DNA of 64,000 nt. Origin: a virus. Lineage: Duplodnaviria > Heunggongvirae > Uroviricota > Caudoviricetes. Location of the stretch: IMG/VR virus record IMGVR_UViG_3300032050_000035. One strand, given 5' to 3'. Every line of letters begins with the position of its first letter. The first letter of the stretch is position 1. Shown in pieces: positions 38,708 to 48,274 of this stretch. The notes beneath the pieces were generated by a model. The model did no database searches and was not told the DNA's origin. It saw only the letters and a program-made list of their open reading frames with translations. The translations under genes and the position numbers were made by a program.

Positions 38708-39145
38708 CTATTTAGTTTTAAACCAACCCAACACTTCAATTATTTTTTCTTTAATATTTTCACTACTATCACTAGTTAAAGCATATGATAACATATCAAT
38801 AACATCTGTTTCAGAATATAACTTTTTAACTGGTGAAACAACTACAACACCATTGTGTATTTTAACTTTGTTATCACTATCATAGGAAACCTTAACTGAT
38901 CTAATACTTGGACTTTTAATCCAAGTCCAAATAAAATCATATCCGATATTTGGGTATTCATCTTCTAAGTCAGAAGTAGCAACTACTTTATCAAAAATAC
39001 GAAACTCTAATAAACAATTTTCACCACCTGGTATATTCTTACCTAAAATATCATAAGTATCATCAAATCGTCTTATATTTGATAATTTTGATGTCTGAAC
39101 AACATGAACAGAACATTCTATTTGTTTATCACCTATATTAATCAT
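38708..39145 (-). CDS. hypothetical protein
   Basis: ORF. Confidence 0.45.
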   Translation of the reverse strand: MINIGDKQIECSVHVVQTSKLSNIRRFDDTYDILGKNIPGGENCLLEFRIFDKVVATSDLEDEYPNIGYDFIWTWIKSPSIRSVKVSYDSDNKVKIHNGVVVVSPVKKLYSETDVIDMLSYALTSDSSENIKEKIIEVLGWFKTK

Positions 39146-39300
39146 ATTACTGTAATAAAATTCTTAAATCGAACAAAAATTCTTTCAAATAATTATGAAA
39201 TTTAACTTGTTTTCTATATCTTCTTTTCAACGGTTTAATTTCTCTACTTCTACACTTATTCATAATTACTTTTTTTACAAAAATAAAAAAAAGTTTAATA

Positions 39301-39705
39301 TTATTTACATTTTTTTAAAATTTCTTTACAAGTTTCTAACCATTCAAAATGTTCAACATTTACCGGTTTACAAGGATCACCACTTCTAATAATAGCCCAT
39401 AATTCATCCGGATCATCATCTAAATGAAAAATAAAGTTTTTACCTTCTAAAAACTCAATCTTATCAACGTGTTCTGTAAATTGTATTCTTTCTCTTGGAA
39501 TACCAACCAATTCAGCAACATCATATAACTCTTGATTTTGTTTTTCAACCCACCACCAACCCTTGGCTAAAGCTGGTTCAGTAGCACATCGACTTGTTAC
39601 AATCCAAACTTCATAACCTTCATTTACTAGTTTGGTTGCGTATTCTTGTACATCTTTACGTGACATAGTGCTATCAAAATCCATAGATATTTTATTTCTC
39701 TTCAT
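39301..39705 (-). CDS. HAD-superfamily phosphatase-like protein (start chosen at internal Met to limit overlap with the upstream GIY-YIG gene)
   Basis: MDFDSTM fits DxDxT motif I; VWIVTSR motif II; HLDDD motif IV. Confidence 0.45.
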   Translation of the reverse strand: MKRNKISMDFDSTMSRKDVQEYATKLVNEGYEVWIVTSRCATEPALAKGWWWVEKQNQELYDVAELVGIPRERIQFTEHVDKIEFLEGKNFIFHLDDDPDELWAIIRSGDPCKPVNVEHFEWLETCKEILKKCK

Positions 39706-40525
39706 ATATAATATACTTTTTATTCTCATCATTACTGTATATAACTCGATAAACTTTAGCATATGTCATGTTAGTATTTTTAACTACATCCATTATACTA
39801 TCATAGACAATATTACATTCAATATCTAAAACCTTAATACTATTAGTTGGTTTTTTTCTTTCTCTTTTTCTCCTTATTAGAATATCATCTATTTTAAGAT
39901 CGGCATTTTTAAAAATCCATATAAAGTTAAATGCACTATTACTTTTATATCTAACATTACAGGAAATGTTTTTCCTAGAAAATCCCAATTCCAATTCAAT
40001 ATCTTTAGCACTTTTCCATTCTTTGATAAAATTACCATCCAAATCATATTGCAATATTGGTTTTTTTATACTCTCTGCGTTATTTTTAATCCACTCTTCA
40101 CTTTTATAAACCTTAGTCCCTCTTCTTTTTTCACTTGCTAAAATCTCTTTCTCCGTTCTTTTAGCCTTTTTCTTAGTTTCGGATATCATTTTTTTAGTTT
40201 TATCCGTATGTTTTAATCCACAAGATCCTTCACCACCAAGAGTTAAATTCATTCCAAATTTATAGTTGTATCTTCGAAAACTATTATATTCAATTATATA
40301 CTTTGTCTCCAACTCAGATAAATATTCCTCACTACAAAAATCTTCAAATAGTATCTCAAAACTATGTTTATCCCAACCATATTTAACTAATGATTTATAC
40401 AAAACTCTTTGTTTTTTACACCATAAACCTTTATAAGATCTTACTCTCTTTTCCAAATTAAAAGTTTTACCAATATAAATCCTGTTAGTTGGTGAAATTA
40501 TTTTATAAATATATCCCTTTTCCAT
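39692..40525 (-). CDS. GIY-YIG homing endonuclease (I-TevI-like)
   Basis: GYIYKIISPTNRIYIGKT...R..Y GIY-YIG core; basic C-terminal DNA-binding region. Confidence 0.75.
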   Translation of the reverse strand: MEKGYIYKIISPTNRIYIGKTFNLEKRVRSYKGLWCKKQRVLYKSLVKYGWDKHSFEILFEDFCSEEYLSELETKYIIEYNSFRRYNYKFGMNLTLGGEGSCGLKHTDKTKKMISETKKKAKRTEKEILASEKRRGTKVYKSEEWIKNNAESIKKPILQYDLDGNFIKEWKSAKDIELELGFSRKNISCNVRYKSNSAFNFIWIFKNADLKIDDILIRRKRERKKPTNSIKVLDIECNIVYDSIMDVVKNTNMTYAKVYRVIYSNDENKKYIIYEEK

Positions 40526-40597
40526 AATAGTATATATTTATTATCAAAATCGAAAAGTTTCTTTTCATAAAATGTGAAAAAATTTTTTTAAGTTAAA

Positions 40598-40613
40598 CAT
40601 TTTTATATATAAG
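40598..40613 (+). promoter_or_regulatory. CATTTTTATATATAAG promoter-like motif
   Basis: recurrent motif immediately before the 40616 start. Confidence 0.3.
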
Positions 40614-40615
40614 TT

Positions 40616-42331
40616 ATGAGTAATATTTTAAGATATGATAGTTTCCTAAACGAGAGTAAACTCAATTTACTACTTGAAGGTAATATGGTTTATAAAGATG
40701 ATTTCAAAGAAATTTTGAAGTCGGTTAATAGTCCACTTTCAAAAGAGATTTTAGATTTAGAGGGTGTTGACGTTGATGTTGATACAAACTTTATTGATAT
40801 TTCTGATGATAAAGACAACTTTATACAATTTAAATCCGATAAAAAGTCTAAAAACTCTTGTGTTATAATTGATTTTGGCGCATCATTGTCTATCTTATCA
40901 AAAGAAATATTTACATCATTTGCTAAATTATTTGAAGATCCAAGAGTCGAAAAAGGTTTTTTGAATTGGTATGAATTACTTCAAAGAAACCAAAAAGCTA
41001 CTATTACTAAACAGATAACAAGTATTGATGATTTTAATGATGAGGATGTAAAAAATAGATTAAAATGGTATCTTGATCAAGGACGTAAAATTTATCATAT
41101 AAGATTTAATAGAAGTGGTGAGAATATTGATCTTATCATTGAAGATTATGGTCTTAAAATTGGTGAGGGAGCGGTTTCCTCACAAGAAGTTAGAGTTGGA
41201 TCATTCGTTCAATCACTATTGAAGAAAGCTGGTAAAGAAGTTAAAGGAACTGAAGTTGAAGATTTTGTAACTAAGTTTTCAATTGCCACTAAAGCTAAAA
41301 AAGAAAATATATTCTCTGATTTTGAATTGGTTGAAGGTGATGATATTAAAAAGTTTTATTATGAAGGTAATTATTATCGAGGTGGTAATCATACTTTAGG
41401 AGCATCTTGTATGAGACATGCTAGATGTCAAGACTACTTAAACATATATTCTAAAAATCCTAAAAGTGTTGGATTAGTTATATTAAAATCTAAAGAAGAT
41501 CCAACTAAAATTATAGGTAGAGCTCTTCTTTGGAAAAAACCAGAATATATGCCATGGGATGGTGGTGATGATGAAGGAGTAATAACGAAATATAATTTAG
41601 TAAAACATACCGAATCAGAAGGAAAACCATTTATGGATAGAATTTATGTGAGTAATTCACCAGACCAAGAATTGTTTATTAAATACGCAATTAAAATGGG
41701 ATATGTTTATAAGAAAAATCAAAATATTTCAGAGGAAGAGTTTATGTTTAATGGTTCTGATTCAAACATCGGAACAATTAAAGTTGATTTAGAAATGAAC
41801 GGCTTTAGTAAATACCCTTATTTAGATACTCTTTGTTATTATGAATGGGATTATGGATTCTTAACAAATGAGCAAAAATTAGTAATAAATAGTAACTATT
41901 ACGAACTAAGAGAAACTGATGGTGGTAATGGAGAAGAATGTGAAAGATGTGGTGGTGATGAAAGAATTGATTGCTATGAATGTGAGGGTGATGGAAGATA
42001 TGATTGTGAAGAATGTGGTGCCTCTGGTGAAGTAGAATGTTCTAATTGTGATGGACACGGTACTCTACCTTGTGATAACTGCGAAGGAACTGGAAAAGAA
42101 GACTGTTCTAGTTGTGATGGAACTGGAGAAGATGATGAGGGAAATGAGTGTTCTTATTGTAGTGGATCAGGTAAACAAGATTGTTCTGAATGTGAGGGTG
42201 ACTGTACTAACGAATGTGATAGATGTGGTGGTGATGGTACCAGAGAGTGTGGTGATTGTGATGGTGAAGGTAGAATTTGGTGTAATCGATGTGATGGTGA
42301 TGGTAGAATTGATTGTCCAGATTGTACATAA
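40616..42331 (+). CDS. paralogous family A protein, member 3, with leader MSNILRYDSFLNES and a C-terminal array of about 9 DnaJ-type CxxCxGxG zinc-finger repeats
   Basis: HTLGASCM, GRALLWKKPE, FMDRIYV, YPYLDTLCY blocks; repeats CERCGGDERIDCYECEGDGRYDCEECGASGEVEC... Confidence 0.6.
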   Translation: MSNILRYDSFLNESKLNLLLEGNMVYKDDFKEILKSVNSPLSKEILDLEGVDVDVDTNFIDISDDKDNFIQFKSDKKSKNSCVIIDFGASLSILSKEIFTSFAKLFEDPRVEKGFLNWYELLQRNQKATITKQITSIDDFNDEDVKNRLKWYLDQGRKIYHIRFNRSGENIDLIIEDYGLKIGEGAVSSQEVRVGSFVQSLLKKAGKEVKGTEVEDFVTKFSIATKAKKENIFSDFELVEGDDIKKFYYEGNYYRGGNHTLGASCMRHARCQDYLNIYSKNPKSVGLVILKSKEDPTKIIGRALLWKKPEYMPWDGGDDEGVITKYNLVKHTESEGKPFMDRIYVSNSPDQELFIKYAIKMGYVYKKNQNISEEEFMFNGSDSNIGTIKVDLEMNGFSKYPYLDTLCYYEWDYGFLTNEQKLVINSNYYELRETDGGNGEECERCGGDERIDCYECEGDGRYDCEECGASGEVECSNCDGHGTLPCDNCEGTGKEDCSSCDGTGEDDEGNECSYCSGSGKQDCSECEGDCTNECDRCGGDGTRECGDCDGEGRIWCNRCDGDGRIDCPDCT

Positions 42332-42346
42332 AATATAAAGATAAAT

Positions 42347-42730
42347 ATGAAACACTTAAAAAAGTTTAATGAGAATATTGAAGATGATAGTTTTGACTAC
42401 GACTATGTAAAATTATGCTTTATTGATTTAATAGAGTCTGATAAAATCAAATATATTGATGATGAAGATTTTGTTTTAATAGAGTTTGAAAAGTTACCAG
42501 AGCCAAAAGTAGATTATCGAAATAATTGGGATGGATCACCTCTTATGAAAATTGAAGATTATATAAAAGATCTCCAAATTACAAAAGATATAATGAATGA
42601 TATAAATAGTGGTATTAAAAAAGTAAAAGATGAATATCCAAATTACGAATGTGTAATAACATATGATGATGGTATGGAATATGGAGAACTTATTAGAAAT
42701 CCACAAATAAAAGTATCTATATTTGAATAA
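42347..42730 (+). CDS. hypothetical protein with leader MKHLKKFNENIEDDSF
   Basis: ORF; leader motif. Confidence 0.45.
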   Translation: MKHLKKFNENIEDDSFDYDYVKLCFIDLIESDKIKYIDDEDFVLIEFEKLPEPKVDYRNNWDGSPLMKIEDYIKDLQITKDIMNDINSGIKKVKDEYPNYECVITYDDGMEYGELIRNPQIKVSIFE

Positions 42731-42737
42731 CTATAAA

Positions 42738-42770
42738 CAAAAAACCCACTCAATTGAGTGGGTTTTTTAA
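42738..42770. terminator. bidirectional rho-independent terminator between convergent genes
   Basis: hairpin aaacccactca-att-gagtgggttt flanked by A- and T-runs; near-identical to the hairpin at 28190. Confidence 0.7.
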
Positions 42771-42816
42771 CGAGTGAATAAAGAAATTAGTTTACAAGTT
42801 TGGTGCCTTGTTTAAA

Positions 42817-44397
42817 TTAAACTAATTCAGGTTGTTCTTTAGAAACAAGATCCTCTAACTTCCCACGTATGATGGTCAAAGTCGTTTCGTTATAGAACTT
42901 ACCATCTTTGAAGATAACTTTCAGCTCATTATCTTCCGAGTTAACATCATCCCAAGTACATTTATCAATTAATGTAAACTCACCATCAACTTTAACTACT
43001 TTTAGTAATCCAGTTGCTGATTTTTTAGTACCATCATCAGTGATAGGGTCTTTAAAGATGTTGATACCTTCAACATCACCATCAACTTCAATTTCGATGT
43101 AGGTTGCTTTTTGAGCCATACCATGTGTATCGCGTGTTACCATCTGAAGTGAATAGGATCCCACACCGAGAACGATGTTTGTTGTTGCAAATCCTTTAGC
43201 TGATAATCTTTCATAAATACTCTCAGCTCTCTTATAGTTAATAGAGTCACCATAGATAGCACCAATGTGTGAGTCTAATTTTTTATATCCGGTTGATGTT
43301 TCAGTACCACCAAAGATATCCCATAATAACTCGATAACACCTTTATATTGAGGTTGTTTGTATCTTTCATTATAAGAAGACATATCTGGAGTTATGCTAC
43401 CACAAATAATATCTACTGGATCACCAGAGTCAGGACGGATAACAAGTTTGCCATCTCTTGCTAAAATTTCATCTTTTAATATTTGACAGTACTCCGTAAT
43501 AACTCTCCATAAATCCCAAGTATCAGATACTAATGACAATATTCCAGTTGGAAAAGTTCTTAATAAATACCTAAATGTCTCAACTTCAAAGTTACCAACC
43601 TTATCCCAAGAACCATCTTTAGTCTTAATGAAAAATCCAGTCAATGAACACATAATAGCATGTTCAGATGCGATAACAGAGTTGATACAAACATCTTTTT
43701 CATCATAATACATTCTAGCAGCTGGTATAACAGGTAGTGTATCTGAACCTCTCGAACAAGTAGCAAATCCTAAACCACTATTAACAATAGCTGATTTACC
43801 ACCCATACCTCTCATTGAGAAATCATGATTTTGATAGTCAACAAACCACAAACTCTCCGGATCTGTTTTTGTGATCCACTTTGTTGATAACTCTCTTAAT
43901 GCGAATGATAGCGTCGCTGAAGTTGGTGCTTGCCAAGATTCAGCAGAATTAATAGTTTCTAAGTAATTAACTATCCAGTCAAAAACTTGACCATTTAAAG
44001 GTTTAGTATTAACGATAGTCGATAATGGTATTTTATACGGAATTCTCTCACCTTCAGTGATTGCTCTAAACTCAATCGGAAGATATCCCAATTTATGTAG
44101 TTCTTTGAAGTGAGTAACATCAAAAGGATCACTCAGCATTAACATATCTGTTAAATCCTTCCCAAATTGATCGATTTCTTCAATTGGTCTTTGAAAAAAG
44201 TTAACATCCCAATCTTGTTTCATTTTTCTCACCATCATTTGTTGACCAAACGAAACAATTTTACCATTATTTGGACAATTGCTATATTTACCACTCCTTG
44301 GTGTAAAATTTGATTGCATCAAAACACTACCCACTGGTAGCATTGGTTTGTGTCCTGTTTTATACACATCGGTATAATAAATTTCTAAAAAGTTCAT
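42817..44397 (-). CDS. nadV: nicotinamide phosphoribosyltransferase family enzyme (NAMPT/NadV, or the Namat-type variant)
   Basis: HDFSMRGMGG, RPDSGDPVD and IFKDPITDDGTKKSATGLLKV match conserved NAMPT blocks. Confidence 0.85.
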   Translation of the reverse strand: MNFLEIYYTDVYKTGHKPMLPVGSVLMQSNFTPRSGKYSNCPNNGKIVSFGQQMMVRKMKQDWDVNFFQRPIEEIDQFGKDLTDMLMLSDPFDVTHFKELHKLGYLPIEFRAITEGERIPYKIPLSTIVNTKPLNGQVFDWIVNYLETINSAESWQAPTSATLSFALRELSTKWITKTDPESLWFVDYQNHDFSMRGMGGKSAIVNSGLGFATCSRGSDTLPVIPAARMYYDEKDVCINSVIASEHAIMCSLTGFFIKTKDGSWDKVGNFEVETFRYLLRTFPTGILSLVSDTWDLWRVITEYCQILKDEILARDGKLVIRPDSGDPVDIICGSITPDMSSYNERYKQPQYKGVIELLWDIFGGTETSTGYKKLDSHIGAIYGDSINYKRAESIYERLSAKGFATTNIVLGVGSYSLQMVTRDTHGMAQKATYIEIEVDGDVEGINIFKDPITDDGTKKSATGLLKVVKVDGEFTLIDKCTWDDVNSEDNELKVIFKDGKFYNETTLTIIRGKLEDLVSKEQPELV

Positions 44398-44432
44398 AGT
44401 TTTTATTTTTTATAAAGATAATAATTATTCTA

Positions 44433-45416
44433 TTATTCCAAAACATTTTTGTTGAAAATTTCAGTACTCCATTTTTTATAAACTCTACTATCTATATTAT
44501 CATTTAATATTTTACTCTCCATGATATATGATTCATATAAAGACATTTCCTTTTCAAATAAAATCTCAACATCTTTTATAAAACCTTTAGATTTACTCTT
44601 CAATGACTTTATTCTACTTTCAACCGAAACTGTTGTTATTCCTATTTTATAATAATCACCATTATTTATTCTCAAATAATATAATTTAGATTTTTTATCC
44701 TTTAATTCTGGTTTATCTTCAAATAATTTCTCAGTGTAACCACCAACTAAAATATTATTAAAAACCATATTCTTAATTTTACACTCAAAACAATATTGAC
44801 CGCTTTGGTGTTTTTGAACACTCTTAACAAATAGCCCATGATCCGGACAAATTATATCTATTTTCGACCTCTTGTTAATATAAGTATCTCTATTATATTC
44901 AGGATAAATATATTTATCATTATAAATATTTGATAATTTTTCTATAACATCATCATAGGTTTGTGTTTTATTGAGTACTCTATTATCATTAGCACATAAT
45001 TTACACCCATAGGTGTTATTACTTAATAAATGTATATTCGGTTTTGTATAAAAATCACCATGTTCTGAACAAGTTATTTTTATATAATCACCAACAAACC
45101 CATTGTAGTTTGATAAATCGTATTTGAATTTATCACCAAACTTCTCATAACATCTACCCAAGAACTCATCTTTTGAAATGATATTTGGACCCTTTACATA
45201 ATCTCTTTTTATTTTCTTTTTTTCAATTTCCCAACATAATTTACATCCATATTTTGAACGTAAATGCTTATCAGGTGTTTGAAAAAAATCTTTATGTACT
45301 GGGCATATGATTATAGATTTAGTTTTAGCATTCACATAATTAAACTTACTATAATCAAATTTATTACCAAATTTAACTATCGATTTTTTTATAAATTCTT
45401 CTAACATAAGTATCAC
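44433..45416 (-). CDS. T5orf172/GIY-YIG-like domain protein with three zinc-ribbon-like repeats (homing-endonuclease-like)
   Basis: three repeats C..H(K/G).F...P..HL....GC..C; C-terminal LYYLRINNGDYYKIGITTVSVESRIKSL resembles T5orf172. Confidence 0.4.
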   Translation of the reverse strand: MILMLEEFIKKSIVKFGNKFDYSKFNYVNAKTKSIIICPVHKDFFQTPDKHLRSKYGCKLCWEIEKKKIKRDYVKGPNIISKDEFLGRCYEKFGDKFKYDLSNYNGFVGDYIKITCSEHGDFYTKPNIHLLSNNTYGCKLCANDNRVLNKTQTYDDVIEKLSNIYNDKYIYPEYNRDTYINKRSKIDIICPDHGLFVKSVQKHQSGQYCFECKIKNMVFNNILVGGYTEKLFEDKPELKDKKSKLYYLRINNGDYYKIGITTVSVESRIKSLKSKSKGFIKDVEILFEKEMSLYESYIMESKILNDNIDSRVYKKWSTEIFNKNVLE

Positions 45417-45452
45417 TTCTTTTATACTTATATATATAAGAACCTATTACCT

Positions 45453-46310
45453 CTAAAATAATTTAGATTTCCAGTCTTTATTTTCTTCAATAAGAGATAT
45501 TTTTTGTAGATAATCAACTACTAATTCATAATCATTAACATCATTATCACCAGTGTAGTTCCATTCTACTTCATTCAACCAAGTAGAAGCTTGATCTTTT
45601 TCTAAGTTATATCTCCAAGAAATTTCATTTGAATAGAAATCATGTAATGATGGGTTTTTAATCTCATTTGCGACACCACCAACGACTTTCATAACTTCTC
45701 TTAACAAATCTTTGTGTTGTTCATAGATCTCGTTTCTAACAGCAACTACGAAACAGGGCCAAGGTGTTACAACTTCACCGATACATTTACATTTCTCTGC
45801 TTTAACAAATGGATAAGTTGTAAACTTTTCCCATAAGAAAACATCAGACTGCCCATTCTCTAAAGCCCATAAACCACCATAAACATCACCAACAACTTCA
45901 AACTTTAAATCATCGGTATTCCAACCTCTTTGAAATGAGTTTACATAAGCCATTAAGTGTGAACCAGAACCTTCTCTTGAGATAGCAAATGTTTTACCTT
46001 TGATATCATCAGAAGTTTTCATTTCTGAATTAAAAGGTACGTGAATACCCCATCGTAATGGACTTTTAACATAAACTGTTAATATTTTGGCATCCAAACC
46101 ATCTAAAATTGCTTTTGTAATTCCTTCAGTAAGAAGAACTGCGATGTCAATTGAACCTGCTTGTAAACCTTTAATCATTTGACCAGTACCACCAGTCATA
46201 TCAGACCAGTGTAGATTTACATCTAAATCATTTAATCTTCCTTCTTCAATGGCTAAACGCCAAGGTAAGTTGAAGTGTTCGGGAACACCTCCTATTTTAA
46301 AGTTTTTCAT
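45453..46310 (-). CDS. periplasmic-binding-protein-fold protein (NMT1/THI5 or SsuA-like), cytoplasmic (no signal peptide)
   Basis: overall PBP type 2 pattern G.DIAVLLTEG...GKTFAISREGSGSHLM; no N-terminal signal. Confidence 0.4.
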   Translation of the reverse strand: MKNFKIGGVPEHFNLPWRLAIEEGRLNDLDVNLHWSDMTGGTGQMIKGLQAGSIDIAVLLTEGITKAILDGLDAKILTVYVKSPLRWGIHVPFNSEMKTSDDIKGKTFAISREGSGSHLMAYVNSFQRGWNTDDLKFEVVGDVYGGLWALENGQSDVFLWEKFTTYPFVKAEKCKCIGEVVTPWPCFVVAVRNEIYEQHKDLLREVMKVVGGVANEIKNPSLHDFYSNEISWRYNLEKDQASTWLNEVEWNYTGDNDVNDYELVVDYLQKISLIEENKDWKSKLF

Positions 46311-46315
46311 ATCTT

Positions 46316-47089
46316 TTATATAATACTTTTATAATCAATCAATTCTAAATTATTTAGAACATAATAGTCATACTTACTATTAGTAGTAAATATCTTATCA
46401 TAACACTCAAGACTTGTATTTGGATCTTGAATAGTCATATGACTAACTGCTAAGTATATCTTACCAACATTTCTCTCCTTTAACATATTCAATAGACCTA
46501 TAAATGTACCACCCTTTACACATAAATCATCCAATACTAATATATCTCTACCACCAAAATCAGAACAATCAATAACTTGCTTCAAATCATGTGTTTTTAA
46601 ATCTCTAGACTTACTAGCACAATAAACATCACCATTAAATCCTATTTTATCAACTAATTTATTTATCCATTTAAATGAACCAGCATCTGTTGAAAATAAT
46701 ATTGGATTAGAATCAATTCTACTTAAAACACTTGATATAAATTTAGAATTATCAACAACTCTAATATTATTCAATCCCATTTGAGTGGAATCAGAATGTG
46801 GATGGAAAACATAAACTTTACTAAAATTACATGAGTTGATAAAGTCACAAACTATCTTTAGTTCAAATGATTGATTATCAAAAAATCTACGGTCATGTTG
46901 CTGTTGAAACATACATGGTATAAATAACTCAACATCTTTAATTCCATTAAAATCACAAACCTCTTTGATGGATTTTATGAAAAAAAGGTCCTCATATGAA
47001 TTTATTCTTTCGGTTATTATAGGTTCACTAAAATCCTCTACTTCAACATAAAAGCTACCATCCGGATATTTCTTTTTTAAATATTTCAT
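46316..47089 (-). CDS. ribose-phosphate pyrophosphokinase (Prs)-family enzyme, shorter than canonical Prs; PRPP synthetase or ADP-ribose pyrophosphokinase-like
   Basis: IPCMFQQQHDRRF aligns with the Prs PYFGYARQDRK loop; PRTase type I motif ILVLDDLCVKGGT. Confidence 0.6.
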   Translation of the reverse strand: MKYLKKKYPDGSFYVEVEDFSEPIITERINSYEDLFFIKSIKEVCDFNGIKDVELFIPCMFQQQHDRRFFDNQSFELKIVCDFINSCNFSKVYVFHPHSDSTQMGLNNIRVVDNSKFISSVLSRIDSNPILFSTDAGSFKWINKLVDKIGFNGDVYCASKSRDLKTHDLKQVIDCSDFGGRDILVLDDLCVKGGTFIGLLNMLKERNVGKIYLAVSHMTIQDPNTSLECYDKIFTTNSKYDYYVLNNLELIDYKSII

Positions 47090-47874
47090 AATAATTCTTC
47101 TTTAAATAAAACTGACTCTTTTAATCTTCTCAATAATTTATACTTTATTCCTAAAACTCTACTAATCCTAAGTAAAGGAACTTTATTATACAATAAATCC
47201 TTTATCTCATCAACCCTATCTAAAATAGATCCCATCTCACATTTATCACCATGCCATCTATTATAATTAGCAGAGTCACACTCAACATTACAAATATAAC
47301 AAATTTTTTTATTTTCTTCTATACCCTTTTTTATTTTTTCAATCTCATCATTGGATAATTCTCTATTCTTATTCCAAGGTATTTTTCCCTTACCTGCTTC
47401 TGATATTTTTTTTCTATGTTCATCTGAAAAAGTTCGACCAGAATGTGATTTATTTCCAAATCTAGCTTTTATTAAATTTTTCTTCCACTCACCATCAATT
47501 ACTTTACCAATGTGTGATTTAGATGCCTTCTTCCTAGACTCTTCACTCCAAACTCTTTTTATTTGACCATCACCACCATCTGTCATATTTACTAAATTAC
47601 CTAAACCTAGATCCTTTCTACCATAAAATAAAATCAGATTTTTTTCTAGACTTTTCACATATTCATAATCATCGGTCTCACATACTATCTCAATTGAATA
47701 ATCATCATTCAATAAAGAAACTGTATTTAACCAATGTTTATTTCTCCTTTTTTTATTAAAAGCCCTACTATACTTATTATAAGTTATATCAGATTTATTT
47801 TTTGTCCCTATACCAATATAGAAAATGATATTACTATCATTTCTTATATGTTTATATAAATAATGTTTTCCCAT
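47086..47874 (-). CDS. GIY-YIG homing endonuclease
   Basis: HYLYKHIRNDSNIIFYIGIGTKNK...R.....N GIY-YIG core; basic C-terminal region with a Cys cluster; TTTTTTATATATAGATAATG promoter-like motif upstream. Confidence 0.7.
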   Translation of the reverse strand: MGKHYLYKHIRNDSNIIFYIGIGTKNKSDITYNKYSRAFNKKRRNKHWLNTVSLLNDDYSIEIVCETDDYEYVKSLEKNLILFYGRKDLGLGNLVNMTDGGDGQIKRVWSEESRKKASKSHIGKVIDGEWKKNLIKARFGNKSHSGRTFSDEHRKKISEAGKGKIPWNKNRELSNDEIEKIKKGIEENKKICYICNVECDSANYNRWHGDKCEMGSILDRVDEIKDLLYNKVPLLRISRVLGIKYKLLRRLKESVLFKEELL

Positions 47875-47912
47875 TATCTATATATAAAAAACTTACTCCC
47901 TCAGACGGGAAA

Positions 47913-48272
47913 TTATTTTAATAATTCTTTTAATTTTTTATCTCTGATTTTACCTTTTACCAATTCATCACTATGTGAGCCAACTATATCTTTGAATTTA
48001 AAAGTAACAATTAAATCTTTGTGTTCATGATTATAACTCCATCTCGCAGGAGCGAAATGTAAAGTCTGAATCTCACAATTCAAGAATACCCAAGTGTAAT
48101 GTCTTTTCATACACACCATTTTATCAATTTCCGGAAATGATTTTAAGTAATTTAAATCATCTTCAACACAATCATAAAGATGAAGTACAACAGTTCCGGC
48201 TTTTTTTAATTCTGATGCTTTCCCAAGCATATCCATGGTTTTGTATTCTCGTTCTCCTATTTTAATATTCAT
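47913..48272 (-). CDS. hypothetical protein ending ...IRDKKLKELLK
   Basis: ORF; tail related to the ELGI motif. Confidence 0.45.
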   Translation of the reverse strand: MNIKIGEREYKTMDMLGKASELKKAGTVVLHLYDCVEDDLNYLKSFPEIDKMVCMKRHYTWVFLNCEIQTLHFAPARWSYNHEHKDLIVTFKFKDIVGSHSDELVKGKIRDKKLKELLK

Positions 48273-48274
48273 AA

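Noticed and set aside
39195-39389. Plus-strand ORF 39195..39389
   Set aside because: The product is low-complexity (FFYKNKKKFNIIYIFLKFLYKF) and overlaps the 3-prime end of the HAD-like gene on the opposite strand. More likely a non-coding AT-rich spacer.
29048-42331. Family A paralogs as ADP-ribosyltransferases (by analogy with T4 Alt, which also has a capsid-targeting leader)
   Set aside because: The R / S-T-S / E-x-E triad of ADP-ribosyltransferases is not consistently present across the three members. Only member 1 has an STT-like stretch. The function is left as unknown.
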